Shown piece after piece: positions 19,701-28,424 of a stretch of 32,000 bases of DNA (its first letter is position 1; each line of letters begins with the position of its first letter). This DNA comes from Desulfotalea psychrophila LSv54 (GTDB lineage: Bacteria > Desulfobacterota > Desulfobulbia > Desulfobulbales > Desulfocapsaceae), in assembly GCF_000025945.1 (NCBI RefSeq), contig NC_006138.1:2160001-2192000 (forward strand). The letters run 5' to 3'. The translations under genes and the position numbers were made by a program. The notes below the pieces were generated by a model. That model was not told the DNA's origin. It worked only from the letters and a program-made list of their open reading frames with translations, and ran no database searches.

Positions 19701-19797
19701 CCGGGTTCACTCTCTTGGCATTAGGGAGTTTGCCCTTAAGCCCCTAACCAAGGGCACCCTGGCCCATTTACTCTCCAGAGTGCTCGGCGATTATTAG
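16738..19797 (+). CDS. Hybrid sensor histidine kinase: ABC-type substrate-binding-like sensor, TM, PAS-PAS, HisKA/HATPase, REC (paralogue 1)
   Basis: Signal/TM N-terminus; RQVLIVQSGYEGYPWTD...LVFIIPGAQPYRLQW periplasmic region; TM near 360; two PAS domains; GGIAHDFNNILAVILGYAELA H-box; GKGTGMGLATIHGIIREYGG; RILLVDDE...AIITDQTMPDM receiver. Confidence 0.93.
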   Translation: MKSLKMNFFLRSILHFFYPCLLIALLWATPSFAAEIQKEPDSRQVLIVQSGYEGYPWTDSQNKGIQDVFSAAPQPTDFFFEYIDTKRNHGKAYLKNLQKFWEIKYRNQQIDLIITCDNQAYEFIIKNRISLFQNIPLVFAGMNKFKPAMLRGKRLVTGVTEENDLEATIDIALRLHPKTKKLVFIIPGAQPYRLQWFKDLPVRYREEVEQIIITARELDEIDRELDSLGPNLVAILLNSVVVRDGIYMSFEKFVIHLATNRPFPLYTLWDNTLGQGIVGGKLIRGELQGRKAAELALKILRGIPVAELPILEKIPNQYMFDWHQLQRFNIDISDLPAEAVVVNRPISFYAQNKRLVQVTLSGIFLLLLLVISLATAVINLKKAQKKVFLSDDILEQMPEAIVLTGMDGNIEKWLGRAEEIFGYSESDCLGRALAFNQSSELNITEQIEAGIEKSSRFLGEIACLRKDGTSVPIEVTSTRAFSRSGIAVGTISILQDISERREAKESLRASEDRFRKMIAKSPMPTMLTNQNYDIAFVNDKFTELFGYRLEDIETGRKWWKSAYPDANYRRRAEEGWRVAIKKMLAGDADMARQEWDLTVKDGSVRRCEFYMVPIEDLSLVIVNDISQRVREASEKNKLELRLRQAQKMEAIGALAGGIAHDFNNILAVILGYAELAKDEIPANSIIGEDLDQVIEGGNRAKELVKQILAFSRQEKVKRLPLQVQVLLKETMRMLRPSLPSTIEIQTEIDPLCGFVLADPTQVHQIIMNLCTNANHAMEKSGGRLDIELKRISVDEGNRHKYSSLVPGDYVVLVVADTGEGIAPHNIGKIFEPYFTTKEIGKGTGMGLATIHGIIREYGGIIDVASDPEHGSVFSVFFPVITTEKVVADTVAQDSPQDRGRILLVDDEKLLLTVIQKVLARLDYRVTTKSSSLEALTIFKESPDAFDAIITDQTMPDMVGSDLAQEILKIRADIPIILCTGYSDQFDADRVHSLGIREFALKPLTKGTLAHLLSRVLGDY

Positions 19798-19959
19798 GGA
19801 TGGATCATCGCTAATAATTTGTTTTTATAAAAATGGTCAATGTGATTATATCCAACCTGTATTAAGGGCTTGGTGAAATTTAGAGGCTAAAAAGAAGATT
19901 CCTGCCCTCTCTCGACTTTGCCTAGCTCTTACTTGCCGCTTGCGCTGGCGGGCTTTTTA

Positions 19960-19989
19960 TTGTACTAGTCGTATTCTTTGCAGTATAAG
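19960..19989 (+). promoter_or_regulatory. Candidate sigma70-like promoter for kinase 2
   Basis: TTGTAC-N18-TATAAG; matches the motifs upstream of kinases 1 and 3. Confidence 0.45.
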
Positions 19990-20129
19990 TTGATGAAATG
20001 AATTTTCTGGATTGTCTCCGTATTAGTTAGAATAGGATTTTTAGGACTTTTCTTGGGAAAGGCTCTAAATTCTGTTTAAAGTCAGTTGCAGGCTTAACGT
20101 ATATTTTTTAAGTTGTGAGGCATTTGGGA

Positions 20130-23100
20130 ATGAATTTTATCTCAAGATGTGTTTTTAAAAATAAGTTTCCTTTTTTTCATCTGTGCCTGCTTATAGCCTT
20201 TTTCCTGCCCAGCCTGCCTCTTCTATCCGCGTTCCCACAAAAAGAGGTACATAATCGACAAATCCTCATTATTCAAGCTGGTTATGAAGGTTATCCCTGG
20301 ACAGATTCGCAACATAAGGGGATTCAAGATGTTTTCTCCTCTGTCCCGGAGCCGACCGATTTGTTCTTTGAATATATCGATAGCAAACGAAATCATGGGG
20401 TCACCTATTTTAAGAATCTGCAAAAATTCTGGGAAATCAAATACAGCAATCAGCACATCGACCTGATTATTACCTGCGATAATCAGGCATATGAATTTTT
20501 TTTGAAAAACAGAAGCGCTCTGTTTCAGGATACCCCTCTGGTTTTTGCTGGGGTAAACAGGTTCGATTCCGCCAGCTTGAAGGGGAAGAAGCTGATCACT
20601 GGTATAGTGGAAGAAAACGATCTTGAGGCAACCGTTGAAATTGCCCTTCATCTTCATCCAAGAACAAAAAAGATTGTCTTCATTATCCCCGGTGCTCAGT
20701 CGTATCGTTTGCAGTGGGTTAAAGATCTTCCTGCTCGGTATAGAGAAGAGGTAGAACAGGTTATTCTCACCGTAAAAGAACTGGGTGAAATCGACCGAGA
20801 GCTTGATGCTCTTGGGCCAGATATTATCGCCATTCTCCTCCACAATGTTGTTAGTAGAGACGGTATCTATATGCCAGTTCAAAAATTTGTTGTCCATCTG
20901 GCAGAGAATAGACCCTTTCCCATCTATGCACTTTGGGATAGCACCCTGGGCCGGGGCATTGTTGGCGGTAAATTGGTCAATGGAGAGTTGCAGGGGCGTG
21001 AGGTGGCCAAGTTGGCATTAAAGATTTTACGTGGAACCTCTGTTAGTGAACTGCCCGTCATTGAGATTCCAAATCAGTATATGTTCGACTGGCAACAGCT
21101 GCAGAGATTCAACGTCGACCTCAGTGACCTGCCTGCGGAGGCAGTTGTCATTAATAGGCCTATCTCCTTTTATGTTCAAAATAAGCGACTGGTGCAGATG
21201 ACCCTTAGCGGTATTTCTCTTCTCCTCCTTTTGGTTATTTTCCTTACCACAGCCCTTATTTATCTGAAAAAAGCGCAGAATAAGGTGCTTCTCTCCGATG
21301 AGATACTGGAACAGATGCCCGAGGCCATTGTCCTTACAGATTTGGATGGAAATATTGAAAAGTGGCTTGGCAGGGCAGAGGAGATCTTTGGCTACTCTGA
21401 GAGTGAATGCCTTGGTCGTGTACTTGCCTTTAATCAGCCCTTGGAACTCAACATAACGGAGCAGATAGAGGCGGGTCTTAAAGAGAAAGGCAGGTTTCTG
21501 GGTGAGATATCCTGTCTGAGAAAGGATGGCAGAGCTGTTCCCATTGAGGTAACGGCCACAAGAGTTTTTTCCAGATCTGGAATAGTGGTGGGCACCATCA
21601 GTATCCTCCAGGATATCACTGAACGAAGGCGGGCCAAGGAGTTCCTGCGGGTAAGTGAGGTCAGGTTTAGAAAGATGGTTGCAAAATCACCCATGCCTAC
21701 TATCTTAACCGATCAAAATCAGGACCTCATCTTTGTCAACGATAAGTTTACAGAACTCTTTGGCTACAGGCTAGAAGATATCGACACAGAGAAAAAATGG
21801 TGGGAGAGTGCCTATCCAGATGCAAATTATCGTAAAATGGTTAAAAATATCTGGCGGATCGCCATCAAGAGGGCAGTTGCTGATGATAGGGATATAGAGG
21901 TGCAGGAGTGGGATCTCACCACAAGGGATGGCAGGGTAAGCAGATGTGAATTTTATATGGTGCCCATAGAAGAACAATCTTTGATTGTTATCAATGATAT
22001 ATCCCAACGCATACGCGATGCCAGTGAAAAAAATAAACTTGAAATGCAGTTGCAACAGGCCCAGAAGATGGAGGCCATTGGTACCCTGGCCGGGGGCATT
22101 GCCCATGATTTCAATAATATTCTGGCTGTAATCCTTGGTTATGCAGAGCTTGCCAAGGATGAGGTCCCGGCAAACTCGGTTATAGAGAAAGATCTGGATC
22201 AGGTTATTGTGGGGGGTAATCGGGCTAAAGAGTTGGTAAAACAAATTCTTGCCTTTAGTCGCCAAGAGAAGGTGGAACGTCTGCCCATGAAGGTGCAGGT
22301 CCTTCTTAAAGAGGCAATGAGAATGCTCAGACCTTCCCTCCCCTCTACCATAGAGATTCAGACGGAAATTGATCCTCTCTGTGGTTTTATTCTGGCCGAC
22401 CCAACCCAGGTGCATCAAATTATAATGAATCTCTGCACCAATGCCAACCACGCCATGGATAAATCGGGGGGGAGACTTCATATTGAGCTGAAGAGAATCT
22501 CTATTGACGAGGAAAATGAGCATTCATCTCTTCGATCGGGTGATTATGTTGTCCTGGTTGTAGCCGATACAGGGAAGGGAATAGCCCCCGATAATATTGG
22601 CAAAATATTTGAGCCATATTTTACCACTAAAGAGATAGGTAAGGGCACGGGCATGGGGCTTGCCACCATCCATGGGATTATCCGTGAGTATGGCGGGAGA
22701 ATAGATGTTGTTAGTGTTCCTGGGCACGGCGCTGCTTTTAGTGTGTATTTCCCAGTGATTACTGCAGTTGAAACAACTGAAAATGCGGTGATTAAGGAAA
22801 CGCCCCAGGGCAGTGGACGAATACTGTTGATAGACGACGAAGAGTTACTGCTTACGGTGGGCAAAAAGGTTCTGGAACGACTTGGTTATAGGGTAACAAC
22901 AAAGAGCAGCAGCCTGGAGGCCTTGGCCATCTTCAAAGAGAGGCCGGATGCATTCGATGCGATTATTACCGATCAAACCATGCCGGATATGTTTGGTTCA
23001 GATCTAGCCCAGGAAATTTTAAAAATTAGAGCCGATATTCCCATTATTCTCTGTACAGGATACAGTGATCAATTTGATACCGATATGGCTCATTCTCTTG

Positions 23101-23186
23101 GCATTAGAGAATTTGTCCTTAAGCCTCTGACTAAGGTCACCCTCGCTAATCTTCTTTCCGGGGTTCTAGGTGGTCAGCAGGAATGA
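20130..23186 (+). CDS. Hybrid sensor histidine kinase, paralogue 2 (same architecture)
   Basis: Track ORF starts at GTG 20115; the ATG at 20130 (MNFISRC) aligns with the other paralogues' starts. Same sensor, PAS, HisKA, HATPase and REC motifs. Confidence 0.92.
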   Translation: MNFISRCVFKNKFPFFHLCLLIAFFLPSLPLLSAFPQKEVHNRQILIIQAGYEGYPWTDSQHKGIQDVFSSVPEPTDLFFEYIDSKRNHGVTYFKNLQKFWEIKYSNQHIDLIITCDNQAYEFFLKNRSALFQDTPLVFAGVNRFDSASLKGKKLITGIVEENDLEATVEIALHLHPRTKKIVFIIPGAQSYRLQWVKDLPARYREEVEQVILTVKELGEIDRELDALGPDIIAILLHNVVSRDGIYMPVQKFVVHLAENRPFPIYALWDSTLGRGIVGGKLVNGELQGREVAKLALKILRGTSVSELPVIEIPNQYMFDWQQLQRFNVDLSDLPAEAVVINRPISFYVQNKRLVQMTLSGISLLLLLVIFLTTALIYLKKAQNKVLLSDEILEQMPEAIVLTDLDGNIEKWLGRAEEIFGYSESECLGRVLAFNQPLELNITEQIEAGLKEKGRFLGEISCLRKDGRAVPIEVTATRVFSRSGIVVGTISILQDITERRRAKEFLRVSEVRFRKMVAKSPMPTILTDQNQDLIFVNDKFTELFGYRLEDIDTEKKWWESAYPDANYRKMVKNIWRIAIKRAVADDRDIEVQEWDLTTRDGRVSRCEFYMVPIEEQSLIVINDISQRIRDASEKNKLEMQLQQAQKMEAIGTLAGGIAHDFNNILAVILGYAELAKDEVPANSVIEKDLDQVIVGGNRAKELVKQILAFSRQEKVERLPMKVQVLLKEAMRMLRPSLPSTIEIQTEIDPLCGFILADPTQVHQIIMNLCTNANHAMDKSGGRLHIELKRISIDEENEHSSLRSGDYVVLVVADTGKGIAPDNIGKIFEPYFTTKEIGKGTGMGLATIHGIIREYGGRIDVVSVPGHGAAFSVYFPVITAVETTENAVIKETPQGSGRILLIDDEELLLTVGKKVLERLGYRVTTKSSSLEALAIFKERPDAFDAIITDQTMPDMFGSDLAQEILKIRADIPIILCTGYSDQFDTDMAHSLGIREFVLKPLTKVTLANLLSGVLGGQQE

Positions 23187-23344
23187 GCTGGCTCTAGCCT
23201 GAACTTGTGGAAACTAAGGAGTGAATAGTATAATGCCGTGTGATCTGTTCTGCAACCAACTGTCCGGCATGAAATGAGCACCAAATTAAAATTTCCCCCT
23301 CTATCTGCCTCTTCCTTACTATTTATAGTTACAGCCTTTTTTTC

Positions 23345-23374
23345 TTGTATTAATTAGCTATCTTGCAGTATAAG
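23345..23374 (+). promoter_or_regulatory. Candidate sigma70-like promoter for kinase 3
   Basis: TTGTAT-N18-TATAAG; TTGCAGTATAAGT shared with the other two. Confidence 0.45.
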
Positions 23375-23537
23375 TGTGTTCTTTTTAAAGGTTGCTACTT
23401 CAAAAACATGGTTTCATACCCGCCTCAATCCCTATTAATTTAAAAGATGTTCCCCTGAAATAAATCTTGGCTTTTTTGTGTTGGTAACTCTTATCTTAAC
23501 ATATTTGTGTAGTTTTTGAGTTGTAAGGAATTTAAAA

Positions 23538-26500
23538 ATGAATTTTGTATTAAGATCTCTTTTGAAAAGTAACTTTCCATTGTTCTACTGTTGTCTGCTG
23601 TCAGTTCTTCTCTTGTCTGTCCTGCCACTTTTTGCCGAGTCTCCGCAAAAAGAGCTGCATAGCCGTCAGGTTCTTATTATTCAATCCGGTTATGAAGGTT
23701 ATCTATGGACAGAATCACTGAATAGGGGGATTCAGGATGTTTTTTCCTCTGCCCCGGAAGCAACCAATTTTTTCTTTGAGTATATTGATACTAAACGAAA
23801 TCATGGTGGCACTTATTTTGCTGATTTACGAAATTTTTGGGAAATTAAATATCGTAATCAGCAGATTGACCTTATTATCACCTGTGATACCCCAGCATAT
23901 GAACTTCTTCTGAAAAACAGAAGCTCTCTGTTTAAAGATATTCCTTTGGTTTTTACCGGGGTGAACAGGTTTAATCCCACCAGCTTGAAGGGAAAGAAAC
24001 TGATCACCGGTATAGTAGAAGAAAACGATTTTAAGGCAACCGTTGACATTGCCCTACAGCTTCATCCAAAGATAAAAAAGCTTGTCTTCATTATTCCCGG
24101 TGCTCAGTCGTATCGTTTGCAGTGGGTTAAAGATCTTCCTGCTCGGTATCGAGAAGAGGTAGAACAGGTTATTATCACCGGAAAAGAGCTGGGTGAAATT
24201 GATAGAGAGTTTGATGCTCTCGGGCCAAATATCATCGCCATTCTCCTTAGCAGTGTTGTTCCCATAGACGGTATTTATATACCATATCAACAGCTTGTTC
24301 CCCATTTGGCAAAGAATAGACCATTTCCTTTCTACACACTCTGGGACAGTACCCTAGGCCAAGGCATTGTTGGTGGCAAGTTGATCAGTGGAGAGTGGCA
24401 GGGGCGTGAGGCGGCCAAGCTGGCATTAAAAATTTTACAAGGCACCCCCGTTAGCGAATTGCCCGTTATTGAAAGAGGTTCAAATCGGTATATGTTCGAT
24501 TGGCAACAGTTACAGCGATTCAACATTGACCTCAGTGATCTGCCTGCGGAGGCAGTTGTCATCAACAGACCTATCTCTTTTTATGCTCAAAATAAGCGAC
24601 TGGTGCAGATGACCCTTACCTGTATCTTCATCCTTGTCATACTGGTTATTTCCCTTGCCACAGCCCTTATTCGTCTGAAAAAAGTGGAGAGTAAGGTGCT
24701 TCTCTCCGATGAGATATTGGAACAGATGCCCGAAGCCATTGTTCTTATAGGTATGGATGGAAATATTGAAAAGTGGCTTGGCAGGGCAGAGGATATCTTC
24801 GGCTATTCAGAGAGTGAGTGCCTCGGTCGTCCGTTTGCCTTCGACCAGTCCTTCGAAGTTAGAACGGCTATAACGGGACAAATAGAGAAAGCTATAGAAA
24901 AGAAAGGTAGCTTTGTGGGTGAAACATCCTGTCTGAGAAAGGATGGCTCCTTAGTTCCCATTGAGGTGACGTCCACAAGAGCTTTTTCCAGATCTGGAAT
25001 AGCGATGGGTACCATCAGTATTCTCCAGGATATCACTGAACGAAGGCAGGCTAAGGAGTCCCTACGGGCAAGTGAGAGCCGGTTTAGAAAGATGGTCGCA
25101 AAATCACCCATGCCTACCATGATAAATGGTCAAAACCAGGAGATAGTCTTTGTTAACGATAAGCTCACAGAACTCTTTGGCTACAGGCTAGAAGATATCG
25201 ACACAGAGAAAAAATGGTGGGAGAGCGCCTATCCAGATGCAAATTATCGTAAAAGAGTTAAAAATACCTGGGATTTAGCCATAAAAAGGGCAATTGTTGA
25301 TGATAGGGATATAGAGGTGCAGGAGTGGGACCTCACTACAAGGGATGGTAGTGTGCACAGATGTGAATTTTATATGGTGCCGATTGAGGAGTTGTCACTG
25401 GTCATTGTCAATGATATTTCCCCACGTGTACGTGAGGCCAGTGAGAAAAGCAGGCTTGAATTGCAGTTACAGCAGGCCCAGAAGATGGAGGCTATTGGTA
25501 CCCTGGCCGGAGGCATTGCCCATGATTTCAATAATATTCTGGCCGTCATCCTTGGTTATGCAGAGCTTGCCAAGGATGAGGCCCCGGCAAACTCGGTTAT
25601 AGAGAAAGATCTGGATCAGGTTATTGTAGGGGGCAATCGGGCTAAAGAGTTGGTTAAACAAATTCTTGCCTTTAGTCGTCAGGAGAAGGTGGAACGTCTG
25701 CCCATGAAGGTGCAGGTCCTTCTTAAAGAGACAATGCGAATGCTCAGACCTTCCCTCCCCTCTACCATAGAGATTCAGACGGAAATCGATCCTCTCTGTG
25801 GTTTTATTTTGGCCGACCCAACCCAGGTGCATCAAATTATAATGAATATCTGCACCAATGCCAACCACGCCATGGATAAATCGGGGGGGAGACTTAATAT
25901 TGAGCTGAAGAGAATCTCTATTGACGAGGAAAATGAGCATTCATCTCTTCGATCGGGTGATTATGTTGTTCTGGTTGTAGCCGATACAGGGGAGGGCATA
26001 GCTCCCAATAATATTGGCAAAATATTTGAGCCATATTTTACCACTAAAGAGATAGGTAAGGGCACGGGCATGGGGCTTGCCACCATCCATGGGATTATCC
26101 GTGAGTATGGCGGCAGAATAGATGTTGTTAGTGTTCTTGGTCACGGCTCTGCTTTTAGTGTGTATTTCCCAGTGATTACTGCAGTTGAAACAATTGAGAA
26201 TACGGTGCTTGAGGAAACGCCCCAGGGGAGGGGTCGAATACTTTTGGTAGACGACGAAGAGTTACTGCTTACGGTGGGCAAAAAGGTTCTGGAACGACTT
26301 GGTTATAGGGTAACAACAAAGAGCAGTAGCCTGGAGGCCTTGGCCATCTTCAAAGAGAGGCCGAATGCATTCGATGCGATTATTACCGATCAAACCATGC
26401 CGGATATGGTTGGTTCAGATCTAGCTCAGGAAATTTTAAAAATTAGAGCCGATATTCCCATTATTCTCTGTACAGGATACAGTGATCAATTTGATACCGA

Positions 26501-26594
26501 TATGGCTCATTCTCTTGGCATTAGGGAGTTTGCTCTTAAGCCCCTGACCAAGGCCACCCTGGCTAATCTTCTCTCTGGAGTGCTCAACGCTTAG
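23538..26594 (+). CDS. Hybrid sensor histidine kinase, paralogue 3 (same architecture)
   Basis: SRQVLIIQSGYEGYLWTESLNRGIQDVFSS..., PAS domains, GGIAHDFNNILAVILGYAELA, GMGLATIHGIIREYGG, RILLVDDEELLLTVGKKVLERLGY...DQTMPDMVG. Confidence 0.93.
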   Translation: MNFVLRSLLKSNFPLFYCCLLSVLLLSVLPLFAESPQKELHSRQVLIIQSGYEGYLWTESLNRGIQDVFSSAPEATNFFFEYIDTKRNHGGTYFADLRNFWEIKYRNQQIDLIITCDTPAYELLLKNRSSLFKDIPLVFTGVNRFNPTSLKGKKLITGIVEENDFKATVDIALQLHPKIKKLVFIIPGAQSYRLQWVKDLPARYREEVEQVIITGKELGEIDREFDALGPNIIAILLSSVVPIDGIYIPYQQLVPHLAKNRPFPFYTLWDSTLGQGIVGGKLISGEWQGREAAKLALKILQGTPVSELPVIERGSNRYMFDWQQLQRFNIDLSDLPAEAVVINRPISFYAQNKRLVQMTLTCIFILVILVISLATALIRLKKVESKVLLSDEILEQMPEAIVLIGMDGNIEKWLGRAEDIFGYSESECLGRPFAFDQSFEVRTAITGQIEKAIEKKGSFVGETSCLRKDGSLVPIEVTSTRAFSRSGIAMGTISILQDITERRQAKESLRASESRFRKMVAKSPMPTMINGQNQEIVFVNDKLTELFGYRLEDIDTEKKWWESAYPDANYRKRVKNTWDLAIKRAIVDDRDIEVQEWDLTTRDGSVHRCEFYMVPIEELSLVIVNDISPRVREASEKSRLELQLQQAQKMEAIGTLAGGIAHDFNNILAVILGYAELAKDEAPANSVIEKDLDQVIVGGNRAKELVKQILAFSRQEKVERLPMKVQVLLKETMRMLRPSLPSTIEIQTEIDPLCGFILADPTQVHQIIMNICTNANHAMDKSGGRLNIELKRISIDEENEHSSLRSGDYVVLVVADTGEGIAPNNIGKIFEPYFTTKEIGKGTGMGLATIHGIIREYGGRIDVVSVLGHGSAFSVYFPVITAVETIENTVLEETPQGRGRILLVDDEELLLTVGKKVLERLGYRVTTKSSSLEALAIFKERPNAFDAIITDQTMPDMVGSDLAQEILKIRADIPIILCTGYSDQFDTDMAHSLGIREFALKPLTKATLANLLSGVLNA

Positions 26595-26635
26595 CTGCAA
26601 TGAGCTGGCTCTAGCCTGAACTTGTGGCAATTCAG

Positions 26636-26670
26636 GGGTGAGTCTTTTAACAAGAGACTCACCCTCTTTT
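26636..26670 (+). terminator. Rho-independent terminator after kinase 3
   Basis: GGGTGAGTCT (26636-26645) / AGACTCACCC (26655... arm ends 26664) perfect 10-bp stem, 9-nt loop, followed by TCTTTT. Lies between convergent genes. Confidence 0.8.
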
Positions 26671-26683
26671 AATGCAGTGGAAG

Positions 26684-28027
26684 CTATTCTTCTACGATGC
26701 TACCGCGCAGGGAGTGCTGGCCTGCGGCTGTGACATGGGCCATCAGGAAATCCCCTGGCTTTTTATTGGTAAGACCAATGGCATGAACTATGTGGTTGGT
26801 GCCCATGCGTCCCTTGATTTCGCCATCACGGAGCTCTTCGATCAGTACCTCCTGGGTGGTGCCGATGTACTCTTGATTACGTTCCAGACCAATTTCATCC
26901 TGACGGGCTTGAAAGCGGGCAAGGCGGGCAGACTTGACTGACTCGTCTACCTTGTTGGTGAGCTCATTGGCCTTGGTTCCTGGGCGATCGGAATACTTAA
27001 AGGAGAAGGAGCCATGGTAGCGTACTGTTTCAAGCATCTTCATGGTCTCTTCAAATTCTTCGTCGGTCTCACCTGGAAAGCCGACAATGATATCGGTGGT
27101 AATGGCAATCTCTGGGCAGTTTTCGCGAAGCTGTGTCACAAGATCCAGATAGCTCTCCACCGTATACTTTCGCCCCATCTCTTTTAAAACCTTATTGGAT
27201 CCAGCCTGTACCGGTAGATGAAACTGGGGACAGAGGACATCAAGATCCTTAAAGCACTGCATGAGATCATTGGAGAGATCTTTGGGGTTTGAGGTGGTAA
27301 AACGAAGGCGTTTTAAGCCCTCAACGGCAGCTACCTGACGAAGCAGATCTGAGAAGGTGGCTGGGGTGTCGTCTTCGGTTACCGTGTTGGTTTGGGCATA
27401 GGAGTTTACATTCTGGCCAAGGAGGGTGATTTCCTTGATGCCGCTCTTCACCAGAACTGTTATCTCTTCAACGATATCTTTTATACTACGGGAAACTTCT
27501 CGGCCACGGGTGTAGGGGACAACACAGTAGGTGCAGAAATTATTGCAGCCCTGCATAATGGTAACGAATTTGCGAAATTCGCCCTCATGCTCTTTACCCG
27601 TGGTCTCAGGAATAAATTGAGGGATGACATATTTGTCATCGAGGTTAGTGGCAGTAATGGGGCCCTCTGTGCGTGATCTTTCCAATAGCTCATTAATAGC
27701 ATAAATATACTGGGTACCGATAACCAAATCTACATGGGGCATCTTCGCCTGAATTTGCTTTCCCTCTTGCTGAGCGACACAACCGGCAACGCAGATCTGC
27801 ATACGAGGATTGATCTTTTTATTGCGACGGAGTTCTCCCAGTTTACTCATGACCTTTTGTTCGGCCTTAGCCCGGATAGAACAGGTGTTAAGTAGAACCA
27901 AATCTGCCCCGCCAATTTCCGAGGTTTCTACATACCCGTTATTATTCAAAATTTGAGCAATGATTTCAGAATCACGCAGGTTCATCTGACAACCGTATGT
28001 TTTTATAAAAAATGATCTTTGTTCCAT
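26684..28027 (-). CDS. miaB: tRNA-2-methylthio-N6-dimethylallyladenosine synthase MiaB (radical SAM methylthiotransferase)
   Basis: SFFIKTYGCQMNLRDSE, radical SAM motif MQGCNNFCTYCVVPYTRGRE, GQNVNSY, TRAM-like C-terminus. Confidence 0.97.
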   Translation of the reverse strand: MEQRSFFIKTYGCQMNLRDSEIIAQILNNNGYVETSEIGGADLVLLNTCSIRAKAEQKVMSKLGELRRNKKINPRMQICVAGCVAQQEGKQIQAKMPHVDLVIGTQYIYAINELLERSRTEGPITATNLDDKYVIPQFIPETTGKEHEGEFRKFVTIMQGCNNFCTYCVVPYTRGREVSRSIKDIVEEITVLVKSGIKEITLLGQNVNSYAQTNTVTEDDTPATFSDLLRQVAAVEGLKRLRFTTSNPKDLSNDLMQCFKDLDVLCPQFHLPVQAGSNKVLKEMGRKYTVESYLDLVTQLRENCPEIAITTDIIVGFPGETDEEFEETMKMLETVRYHGSFSFKYSDRPGTKANELTNKVDESVKSARLARFQARQDEIGLERNQEYIGTTQEVLIEELRDGEIKGRMGTNHIVHAIGLTNKKPGDFLMAHVTAAGQHSLRGSIVEE

Positions 28028-28050
28028 AATATATGACCTGACTAGCGGGT

Positions 28051-28284
28051 TTAATTTTCTTTTGTGAAGTGTGAAAGCAGAGGATTGAGCCTTGGGGCAA
28101 GTTCGGTGAGTATGGCGAAGACGTCGGCTCGTAACTCTTCCGGATATCGAAGTCGAACAATACCAGCCTTCCCATCTTCACTAGAAAGAACAGCAAGGTT
28201 GTCATAGCCCTCTAATATAAATTTGAGAAAATGAAATTGAGAAGGGGTTATACGCAGGTAGGTACTTTCTAGATTTGTGTTCAT
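28051..28284 (-). CDS. Small conserved protein, DUF4911-like
   Basis: 77 aa, YLRITPSQFHFLKFILEGYDNLAVLSSEDGKAGIVRLRYPEE; immediately upstream of miaB on the same strand. Confidence 0.7.
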   Translation of the reverse strand: MNTNLESTYLRITPSQFHFLKFILEGYDNLAVLSSEDGKAGIVRLRYPEELRADVFAILTELAPRLNPLLSHFTKEN

Positions 28285-28424
28285 TTCCTTGTCTGTTTCC
28301 AGTACTGCCTTGGCAGTGTTGGTTATAAATGGGTGGCTTAAATGCCAATTTTTTCAAACCACCCTAAGCTAAATGCCTGTATAAGTGCTTATGCTCTCCC
28401 TTCGATATGGAGGGAGAGTAGGGC

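Noticed and set aside
19934-19958. Possible terminator after kinase 1 (ccgcttgcgctggcgggcttttt)
   Set aside because: Only about 4 clean base pairs (CCGC/GCGG) before mismatches; too weak to list as a feature despite the T-run.
20223-25940. Long antisense ORFs inside the kinases (for example 20223..20897 -, 21771..22523 -, 25467..25940 -)
   Set aside because: They lie entirely opposite well-supported kinase coding sequence, recur at equivalent positions only because the genes are paralogous, and show no recognisable domain.
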